Under the pieces are notes generated by a model. That model was not told where the DNA came from, did not search any database, and worked only from the letters and a program-made list of their open reading frames with translations. Shown here piece after piece: positions 35,184-46,000 of a DNA stretch of 64,000 nucleotides (positions are counted from its first letter, which is position 1; every line of letters starts with the position of its first letter). The position numbers and the translations under genes were made by a program. Source of the stretch: Bacteroidales bacterium (GTDB lineage: Bacteria > Bacteroidota > Bacteroidia > Bacteroidales > WCHB1-69); assembly GCA_024400835.1 (NCBI GenBank), contig JAKSMC010000008.1, forward strand, positions 5,082-69,081. Reading direction: 5' to 3'.

Positions 35184-36976
35184 TAGTTGAAATTTTGAAT
35201 TTTAATCAGATTATTATAAATACCGCCCATATTGACCAGTTCCTCATGCGTGCCTTGCTCGACGACACGACCTGCGTCGAGGACGATAATCTTATCCGCA
35301 TTCTGGATAGTGGAAAGACGATGGGCAATGACCAGCACGGTTCTATCCTTGACGACATTGTCCAAAGCCTGCTGGACAAGATGCTCAGATTCAGTGTCCA
35401 TGGCAGAAGTGGCCTCATCCAGAATAATTATGGGGGTGTTGCGCAAAACCGCACGGGCTATGCTGATACGCTGCCGCTGGCCTCCGGACAAATTCAATCC
35501 GCGGTCGCTCAGCTGATGCTGCAAACCATCAGGCAACGATGTGACAAAGTCCAAAATGTTTGCGACTTTAACAGCCTGCAAAACATCGTCTTCAGTAGCA
35601 GACAAACCCATAGTTATATTATTATACAATGTATCATTAAACAATATGACATCTTGGGAAACAAGTGAAAACAAGGCACGATAATCGTTCAGGTCATAAT
35701 TTCGAATATCCACGCCATCGAATAGTACAGAGCCAGACGATGGATCATAGAAGCGCTCCAGCAAATCAGCTAACGTCGTCTTACCAGATCCAGACTGACC
35801 AACCAAAGCAACAGTCTGTCCTTTCATGATATCAAAAGAAACATCATGAAGAACGTCGGACTTGTCATAAGCAAAAGTAAGATGGTCGAACGAAATTGAA
35901 TCCTGGAAAGAAGAAATCGGAACAGGGTTAGCAGGATTCTTGATAGATTCATCAGCGTCAAGAATTTCATGAATACGATCCAGGGAAGCTTGTCCGCGCT
36001 TATAATTGGAAAAAGCCGTTGATAAATCTTTAATAGGTGTTATGATTTGTGTAAAGAGCGCGATATACGTAATGAAAAGCTCGGCAGTAAGATTCTGGTT
36101 GCCGGAAAGAACCATGAACCCGCCGATGATAAGGATAATCATGACAACTGCGACGCCCAAAAATTCGCTCAGCGGTGAAGCCAAATCAGTGCGACGATAT
36201 ATTTTGATTTGAGTGTTGGTAAAAGAATCATTCAAATCAAAAAACACCCGCTCGGCATTATCCTGAGCATTGAAGCCTTTGATAACACGTAAGCCAGACA
36301 GGGTTTCTTCAACATGAGAGATGAGAGAGCCCAGACGATTTTTGGCAGTTCTCGCATCCTTTTTCAAGGCAGCGGTAACATAACCAATAAGCAAAAAAGA
36401 AACAGGTATAAGCAGCAGTGCATAAAGAGTCAGCCGCGGCGATATGACAAACAGGAAAATGACAAAAAACAAGGCGGTAATGGGATCAGTCATAAAAGAC
36501 TTCAGAGCACTGAGTATAGTGTGTTCAATTTCCTGTGTGTCACTGATAGCACGGGAAATCACATCGCCATTTTTCTGTTTGGAAAAGAAGCCCAAAGGCA
36601 GAACGAGAATTTTATGGTACAGCTTATTCCGGTATTGGAAAAGAAGGTCGCTTCTGACGGAAGCCATTACCCACTGTGCCAAATAGGCAAAACCAGTTTT
36701 TAAGAAATAGACCACGATGGCAATAAGAACCAAAGTAGAGATACAAGAACCGAGACTGGCGACATCCAAATAGGGTTGCACAAAACCAAGGAAAAAAGAT
36801 GAGATAGGGCTCAAGTCTTGAAGAGAGCCGCGGAAGAGGAGTTTTGCGAACGGTTCTATCATCAGAAAAACCAAAAGCGTTAACAAGACGGATAGCAAGT
36901 TGAAAAAGAAAACAAGCAACAGGCGTCCTGAGTAACGACAGAATAATTTGAATAAGAAATGATTTTTCGATGTCAT
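35183..36976 (-). CDS. ABC transporter permease/ATPase (MsbA-like exporter)
   Basis: It has a six-TM domain plus an NBD with GQSGSGKTT, LSGGQRQR, ILDEATSAMD and VIAHRLST. The start is chosen at MTSKNHF (36976), because the 13 upstream codons of the track ORF are encoded by the adhesin-gene terminator. Confidence 0.88.
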   Translation of the reverse strand: MTSKNHFLFKLFCRYSGRLLLVFFFNLLSVLLTLLVFLMIEPFAKLLFRGSLQDLSPISSFFLGFVQPYLDVASLGSCISTLVLIAIVVYFLKTGFAYLAQWVMASVRSDLLFQYRNKLYHKILVLPLGFFSKQKNGDVISRAISDTQEIEHTILSALKSFMTDPITALFFVIFLFVISPRLTLYALLLIPVSFLLIGYVTAALKKDARTAKNRLGSLISHVEETLSGLRVIKGFNAQDNAERVFFDLNDSFTNTQIKIYRRTDLASPLSEFLGVAVVMIILIIGGFMVLSGNQNLTAELFITYIALFTQIITPIKDLSTAFSNYKRGQASLDRIHEILDADESIKNPANPVPISSFQDSISFDHLTFAYDKSDVLHDVSFDIMKGQTVALVGQSGSGKTTLADLLERFYDPSSGSVLFDGVDIRNYDLNDYRALFSLVSQDVILFNDTLYNNITMGLSATEDDVLQAVKVANILDFVTSLPDGLQHQLSDRGLNLSGGQRQRISIARAVLRNTPIIILDEATSAMDTESEHLVQQALDNVVKDRTVLVIAHRLSTIQNADKIIVLDAGRVVEQGTHEELVNMGGIYNNLIKIQNFN

Positions 36977-37024
36977 AAAAAAAGAATAAAAAAGGGAGTT
37001 GTGTGATTGAGGCACAACTCCCTT
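36977..37024 (-). terminator. Rho-independent terminator of the giant adhesin gene
   Basis: A perfect 12-bp stem aagggagttgtg / cacaactccctt (36992-37003 / 37013-37024) has a 9-nt loop. It is followed on the minus strand by UUUUUUAUUCUUUUUUU. Confidence 0.8.
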
Positions 37025-37044
37025 GAATATGTTATAAAACTTGA

Positions 37045-40000
37045 TTACTTCGTAACAACAAGTTTTCTAGATACAGTAGCGTTTTCGCCCTTAACGTAGA
37101 TGAAGTAAACACCAGGAGCGAGGTTGCTGATTTCGCGGCTGTAAACATAGTCAGCAGCAGCAGGGATGTTGATAGCATCTTCAGCGAGAACCTTACCAGC
37201 AAGGTTGACAACTTGAACCTTAGTGTCACCAGCGATACCCTTGATATGAGCCTTAACAGTGTTAGCAGAAGTAGCCGGGTTCGGATAGAGAGTCATTGTA
37301 GGACCATCAACTTCAGCAACAACAGGAGCAGGAGTCATAGAAGGAGTAGCAGCGAGGTTATCTTCACCTTCAACATTGATAGTGAGTACGTCGTAAGCGA
37401 GAGTATCATAATGAGCACTTGCAACAACTGCATCGTAACCACCGATAACAGCAGGAGTAGATGTACCATTGTTGTATTGGTGACCATTAGGATGAGAGTT
37501 AGAAGTAGACATCAAAGTGTAGACAATCTTGTATTCACCAGCTCTTCTGAACTTGTTGACAGTCTTGTAAACAGGTCTTTCAGCGAGGAAGTGGAGATAA
37601 AGATCATCATAGTTAGCTGCAGGTAAATTAAAAGTACCAGCAGGATAGTGGTTAGATTGATAATAACCAGATGTCATGTTAGATTGAGCGTAGTTATAAT
37701 AACAGGTAGCATTCATAGGAGTTCCATGAGCTGAGTACCAATTGATACTGTCACGAGTAACGTATCTGTTGGTCATTGTACCAGCTTCTGTGATATACAA
37801 ACCAATGCTGTCATCATCGATGAGCTCGCCGTTGAAGTAGATATCGAAGTTAACGAATACCAATTCATCAGGATTGTATTCACAAGGATTAGAAACCATC
37901 CAAGTGTAATTTGTCTGAGCATCAGCAGTGTTAGCGTCGAATTCGTGAGTTTCAGCGCCTTCGTGAGTGAAGATGAAGTGAGGTTTGCCAGTAACTTCTA
38001 CGGTAACAGCGTCATCAACAGAGAATGTACGAGCATCAACAGTAGCGTTAACGTTAGCTACGGAAGTACAACCGTTAGCATCTGTAACTTCTACATTGAA
38101 TTTATAAGTACCTTCACCATCAACTGCGTTGTAAGTATAAGTTTGAGCAGTAGCACCATCAATAGCTTCATCATTCATGTACCATTGATAAGATTCGAAC
38201 TCTTCAGTAACGGAGAGTTGAGCAGTAGCGCCGTTACAAATGATTGTATCAGATAAGATTTGAGGAACAGGAAGTTCGTGAACCTTAAGAGTATCAGCAA
38301 CAGTGTCAGTACCACAAGCGTTAGTTGCGATGAAGTAGAGAACCTGACCATTGAGAGCCATTGTAGAAGCGGAATCCCAAGCCATGGTATCAGCACCAAT
38401 CATCCAAGCAGTAGTAGTAGCAAGACCGTTAGAGTCAATATCGTTGATTGTAGGAGCTGTAGGCATGATGAAGAGATCACCAACACAGACTTCGAGGTCA
38501 CCACCAGAGATAGGAGCATTAATCTCAGGAGCACCGTTAACCTTAATAGAAAGGGTTACAGACTTAGGATCACATTCTGGTACAGCAGTGCTGGTAGCAG
38601 TAACGACGAATTTGAAAGTATCTTCTGTCATAACTGTAGGAGCACCAGCAAGAGTACCATTTTCAGCGTCAAATACAAGACCAGGAAGTACACTGTCAAC
38701 GGAGAGAGTAGCATTAGCAAATTCAAATGTGATTGTATCGATTTCAGTGTTCATACAAACAACTTGGTTGATATTTGTAGCATTCAACTTAACAGTGTCG
38801 TTAACAACGATAGTGTCATTGATAACCTTTTCTGTACAACCATTAACGCTTGTAGCTTTGATTACATAAGCGTATGTACCAGCAGCGGTAGGAGTACCGG
38901 AAATTGTCATAGTAGTATCGTTAAATGTAACACCAGCAGGAAGAGTATCAACTGTAACAGTAGCGTTAGTAGCTTCGATTGCGATGTCAGCGATAGGTTG
39001 ACCGAGGCAAATAGCTGTTTGATCAAGACCTGTAGCAGACAATGTAACAGTGTCGCTAATCATAATAACACCGGTGAGAGTCTTAACGCCGCAAGAAGGA
39101 GTAGCATTGCTTGTAGCTGTAATTGTATAGGTAACAGTGTCAGCTGCAACAGGAGTACCGGAAATAGTATCATTTGCAAATGTAACACCATCAGGAAGAC
39201 CTTCGACTTTGACCGTAGCATTTTCATAAGAAACAACTACTGGAACCATGGCATTGCCGAGGCAGAATGCAGCTTGGTCGAGATTTGTAGCGGAAACCTT
39301 AACAGTATCATTAACGATGATAGTACCGAAAATAGTGTCGTTTGATGAAGGACAATCCGTATTGGAAATTGCAGCGATAGTATAACGAATAGTATCTGCA
39401 GCAATAGGAGTACCGGAAATAGTCTTATTCAAAGTGTCATACACAAGACCAACAGGGAATTCAGTTACTTCAATCGTAGCATTAGCAGAAGTGAATGCGA
39501 TAGGAGCAATAGCTTCACCTAAACAGATAGTTTGATCAGCTTGTGCATCAGCAGCGAGTTCGAGTTTAACTGTATCTCTAACGATAATAGTAACAGTATC
39601 AAATACAGCAGGACATGCAGATAAATTTCTATATACTGTAAAACGCTCAATAAGAGTATCGGCTACAGTAGGAGTACCTTCAAGGAAAATGATGCCAGGC
39701 ATCCCCTGTTTATGTTGTAAACCAGGTGAAGCAGTACTAGTGAAATAATCACGGTCAGATGATCTAATAATAACTTGTTCTATTGACTGACCCAAACAAA
39801 TAGTTTGGTTTTTATTAGAAACAGTATAAGTAACAGGTTCTTCAACTGTGATAGTAGCAACGACAGTCTTTTCACGGCAGTAACCTTCAGCCTTAATATT
39901 CATAGTATATGTTCCAGCAACCGTTGGAATACCAACAATTGTATCATTTACTAAGGAAAGACCAGGACAAAGGGTGTCAACAGAAATTGTAGAGAATGCA

Positions 40001-43000
40001 TAATTAAGAGCAATAGGAGCGATTTCAGAACCTAAACAGATCTTCTGTACAAGATTTGTAGCAGCCAACTTAACAGTGTCATTAACAGTGATAGTAACAG
40101 GACCGTCAACAACGATAGTGTCACAAGCATTAGCAGCAACAACGCGGATTTGGAATGTATCAGTCAAAGTAGGAAGAAGTGCAGTTGTAGGATCAACAAC
40201 TTGCCATGTTCTACCACCATTAACAGTGTATTCTACAGAAGTAGTACCATTTGAACCATTCCAAACAATAGCGTCGATACATTCAACATTAAATTCAGCA
40301 ACTTCGCCAAGGCAGATAGTGTCATTAGCAAGAGTCTTATCAGTGTCAGCCAACATAGGAATGTCGGTAACGTTAAGAGTGTAAACGCGTGAAATCAATG
40401 TATCGCAGCCATTAGCAACATAAGCGTAAACTTGCTTACCATTCATGTCGTATGTAAGGGCAGCTGTAGGAACGAATTCAACACCGGCAGTCTTATATGT
40501 AGAAACAGCAGGAACATCATTTGCGCCAATCATACGCCAGCCAGCTTCAACAGCATTAGTAACAGTATAACCAATACCTGTTTCGATAACAGGAGTACCA
40601 GCGCAATAAGAAGTACCGAGTTCTGTTTCAATATCAACAGTCAGAGTAGGATCAACGCTGAGAATGATAGTATAAGTAACGATGCTATCGCAACCGTTAA
40701 CTGCATTCAAAGTATCAATGATAGTGTAAACATTAGCGCTATCAGCATCATAGTTGAATGTAGTGTCAGCAACCTTGTTACCATCGAAGAAGTAAGAGTT
40801 GCAAGCGTAGATAGTTTCAGCGCCGGTAGCGATAGGCAGTGTAGTTACATTAACAGCTTGAGGACCGGAAGCACAACCGTTGAAGTCAACAACTCTTACA
40901 CAGTAAGAAGTGCTACCAGGAGTCAAAGTATTAGCATCAATTGTGAAGCAAGCTTCAGAACCTGTGTAACCGTTGGTCCATTCAATAGATTTGAAACCAG
41001 GATCAGCAACACACATTGTGAATGCATTGTTTTCGCAATTTGAATAAGTAGCGTTAGGATTCATAGAAACCAAACTGATGGATTCGCCAGTAGCATTGAA
41101 TCGGATAACAGGCAATGTATCGATGCAAACCTTAACATCCATTTGGTTTTCACAACCTGTGATTAAGCTCTTAACAAATACTGTGTAAGTACAGCAGTAG
41201 TTTTGTTGAGTGTAAACATCAACTCTAGCATGAGTGCTGTCAGTGATATGGTCACAGGAAGATCTCCACAAGTAAGAGAAGTTGTCACCAGCGAGATCAG
41301 TAGTAGCTTCAGCAACTAAGTAAGCATTGTTCTGACCGAAGCAGAAGTGATAATCTTCAGTATTGAGGTTGCGGTTGTAAGCAGAAACTACGATTTCAGG
41401 AGTGTATTCAGCATTGTTAGGAACAATAGCTGTATCAGTATAAGTACAACCAGTAAGGCTATCCATTACATTGATAACATATTTACCACCATTCAAACCA
41501 GTGAAAGAACCGTTTTGAATTTCAACTTGGAAATGACCCTCACCGAGAGTGGCGTCAGCATAAGTAACAGTAGCGTGAACTTCACCATTGTAAAGAGTAG
41601 GATCACAAGCGGTGTTAGCAACATTATTGTATTCAACAGCGATCTTGTATTGACCTTGTTCAACAGTGATATCAGCATCAGCGAGTGCGTCATAGATACA
41701 ACGAGTAACAGTATCCATAACTACGATATGGTATTCACCGTCTTTTACATTTGTGAAAGAACCCGTGGTGTTGTAAGTAATACCACCGTCAATAGAGTAA
41801 GCAAGAACAGAAGCCTGGCTTGCAGAAACTGCATGAACATTGATAGTACCATTGCCAGCATTTTCATTGCAAATGTAATCAGGAGTAGAAGTCAAAGCGT
41901 CGATAGTTACAGCGATAGGTTGATAAGGAACGTAAACAGAGTCTTTAGAAACACAACCTGTTCTTGTATCAGTAATTTGAACAAGATACCAACCATCTTC
42001 TAATGTGTACTTAGTATAATCGATAGGTTCGAAATGATCAACATCATAATGATGAGAAGGAGTAAGATCTGTGAAGATATAGTCACAAAGTTCGCTTTGC
42101 GGAGTGAGAACTCTGATTTGACCATTACCAGGTTTACTTGCAGTAGGATTACAAACGCTGTTAGGAACAACTGCGAATTCAGTAATGACAAATGCACTGT
42201 CTTCAACTTCAATCATAAGAGAAGCTGCAGTACAATGATAATCTGTAACAGCATTAATAGTATAGAGACCATCATTAAGAGCAGTCATCGGGCTGGTTAC
42301 AACTTCATTGTCAACTGTATAAGTAACAGCATTGTAATTAACATTAGTATTAACATCATTAAATGTGATAGTACCATTCTTAACTACGTTACACATGTAG
42401 TTAGCAGTAGCTGTAGCGTTGATGATAGGATAAGTATAATCAGAAGCAACGCGAACTGTATCTGTATAAGAACAACCAGTAGCAGTTACAGTAGCAGTTA
42501 CGGTATAAAGATCAGGATTGAGGCCTGTCATAGCAACAGCTTCATTTTCTGAGTTCATAACTGTAAATGTAGCAGGAGTAGTGCACAAAACAGTAATTGC
42601 ACCAGTACCGATTTCATCAGAACAATCTTTATCCTTAGAAGCAGAAACTGACCAATTCAATTCAGGTTGTTCATAGCCAACGTGAACTTCTTCAGAAGCA
42701 ACGCAACCAGTTACAACGTTTGTCTTGTAAACTACATAAACACCACTATCAAGAGTAGAGAGGTTAGCAACGACTTCGTCTGCGCTATTCTTAACTACAT
42801 AGGCGTAACCGTTAGCTTCAGTAATATTAATTTCACCATCAGCGAGGGTTACGTCACAAGATGTACGAGGAGAAGTTTCAACTTCTGTTGCGGTAAAGAT
42901 AGGCATAACAGGAGCATCATTGATAGTATAAGTACCATTGCTAGCACAACCAGTAGCAGGATCAAATACAGTAAGAGTATAAATACCTGCAGCGAGGCCG

Positions 43001-46000
43001 GTAGAAGCAACAACATTTTCAGATGCATCTGTCAATGTATATTGCAAAGAGGGAACAGAAAGGAACTCGATAGAACCATTGCTACCAACGCAATAAGTAT
43101 TAGGATTAACAGTAACCTTAGGCATTGCAGGAGCATTAGAACTGTCAGGAACTGCAATAACCATTGTGTTAGAGCAACGAGTATATTTATTAGCCACTGT
43201 CAATGTATATTCACCAGCGGAAAGATTTTCGAAGAAAATGCTTCCGTTGTTACCACGGATTTCGAGGCCATTGATAGTGTACCAATAATCAGTATTAGTA
43301 TTGTTAAGAGTAATCGTACCATTAGGGTTAACACAATTTGTGTTAGCTACTACAGTATTAGTAGGAAGTTCAGGAGTATGACGATGATCCTCAACAGTAA
43401 TTTCAGCATTGCTACGGCAATTGAACGGAGAAACAACAGTTACAGTATAGTCACCTTGATACAAGAAGTTGAAACGTACAGAATTCAACATTGCAGTGTT
43501 GTAAATAATGGTTTCGTCACCAGAATTTTCAAGACCAGCAGAAACGTGATATTCATAGCCAACTGCAGGGTTGGTAACTTCGATTGTACCACTCCAAGGA
43601 GCTGTACAGTTAGCATTGTCAGTAATGATAGCTAAGTTGAGTGCGAGGTTAGCGTCAACTGTATCTTTAGCTACAGTAACTTCAGCAATAGCTTCAGAAA
43701 CACAACCATGAATAGTATGTAAGTCGAATTTATAAGTACCATCAGCAACAGTCTCCGTGTAAGGAAGAGTATGCCATTCAGTTTCACCATTAAGTCTTAC
43801 ACCATCAATTTCATTGTTAGCAGAAGTAACGGTAAATGTACCATCAAAATGTTCAGCATCGCAATAGTGATTAGGTGTAGAAGCAAGAGTAACATCAGTA
43901 GCAACAGGAGTATGGTAAACAACCAATGTATAAGAAGCAGTAGCTTCACAACCATTAGCGTCAACAACTCTTACGTGGTGTGCAAGACCAGCGGTTTCAG
44001 ATGTAGTAGTGAATTCTTTATTTTCAGCAGAAACAGCAGCACCATCCCAATAAATATTAAGAGGAGCAGTGAAGTTAACAGTATTAGCTGTGAAATTAGT
44101 AGTGTAAGGGAAGCAAGAGCTATCAACAGAAGCAACGATTTCAGTAGCGATACGAGGTTCTGGGAAGCAAGCCTTGATTGTATAAGAAGCGGTAGGACCA
44201 CACTTAGGAGCAACAGTGATAACAACATCAGTGTTTTCAGCAAGTTGGGTACCAGCAGCAATACTTTGAGTAACTTTAATGCTATCCATTGTCCAGCATT
44301 CGTCAGAAACAGTAGAAGCATTGAAGAGAGTAGTATAGTCAGGAACGATAATCTTACAATTTTCCATATTTGTAATCGTATCGGTCGGCATATCAAGAGT
44401 GATAACAGGAGCAACAGTATCCTTCACATTAATTGAGTAAGAAGCAGTAGCTTTACAGCCCTTAGCATTAGTTACTTCAACATAAGCAGTATATTCACGA
44501 TCGCAAATATTTTCATTTACAGCGATGAAGGAGTTCTTAGTTGTAGAAGTATAGTCAATAGCTTCACCAGACCAAACGTATGTAAGATTTTGATTTTCGG
44601 CGATAGGAAGATTGCTGTGATCAACAGTAGTCAGCAAATAGTGACCGAATGTCGGGCAAACAACAACCGGAGCAGCGTGTGCATAATCATCATTATTGTA
44701 AGCTTCGATGATGGTAACATCAGGAATACCGAACCATCTGATAGCGTTGGATGTATCAGTTGTAACACAACCGTAAGCATCTTCGACAGTCATAATGAAT
44801 TGTGCAGAAGTATTGTAAGCACCACCATTGAGAGCCCAGACGTCGATTTCAACGCCGTTATCAGCAACAGTCATACCGCATTCTGCAGGAACAGGAGTTT
44901 GAGACCAAGTATAAACATAAGGAGCCAAACCATTGTGGATCATAAGAGGATCGAAAACAACGTGAGCAGTTTCAGTATTACAGAATTCGTAATCAGGAGT
45001 ATAAATAGCGCCGTGTGCGATTTCGAGATCAGCAGGTTTGTTCAAAACGAAAACAGGAACCTTAGCAGAAAGATTACCGCAAGCATCTGTGATTTGAGCA
45101 TAAACAGTAACTTGAGCTGTTTCAGCAAAGATATCAGTATTGCCATCAGCAACAACAGTAGTGTTACCCATGAAGAAATGAATATCGTCATCAGCAACAG
45201 CAGCGTCGCAACCTGTAGTTGTTGTGAAATTATCGTGGAAAGCAGCTAACAAAGCAGCACGTACAGGGAGGTTGGATTTACAATCATTATGAAGCGGGCG
45301 AACCGGTTCCATAGTGTAAAGAGCACCATTGATTGCAGGCTTTTGATTGTTAACTATAGTAACAACTTGAGAAATGGTATTGGATTCATTACCACATTCA
45401 TCAACGAGTTTGTAATTTCTCGTAACAACGGTGGTACAAGGAGCAGCTGTAGTATTTACATCTACAGTGTAGATAGCTTTAACTGCATTGCTACAATGAT
45501 CAGCAACGATTTTGATAGCGCTTGTAGAGGTAGTACCTTCTTCAGCATCAGCAATAGTATAAGGAGCAGCCCAAGCAAAACCTTCAAAAAGGTTAGCAGT
45601 GTCACAACCATTGATTGTCATTTGAGCAGTAGCGTTGTTTCTCCAAGCAATGCTGAGAGCGTCAACATCAGAGCCTTCAACTGTGAAACGGCGAGTGATA
45701 GTTTCTCTACAGCCGTGTTCGGATTCTGCAACAGCAGTAACCTCATAAACGTCTTTTTGACCACAGCCAGGAGCAACAACAGTATAATTAGCTGCATCAG
45801 CACCAGCGATGCGAGCGCCGTTCTTTGTCCAAGAATAATTCCAAGTGAGATCAGCAGCATTGAAATTAGTGCTGTTGAAGTTGCTGTTCAAAGCAATATT
45901 TTCAGTGTTCGGACATTTGACGATGCTGTCGCCGCCAACATTTGGTTTAGCAACGAGAACCGGGTTCTTCCATACATTGATAGTAACAGTAACACCAGTT

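Noticed and set aside
36977-37015. N-terminal extension (MPQSHNSLFYSFF) of the MsbA-like ORF.
   Set aside because: These codons are encoded by the 12-bp-stem terminator and U-tract of the upstream adhesin gene. The start was moved to 36976.
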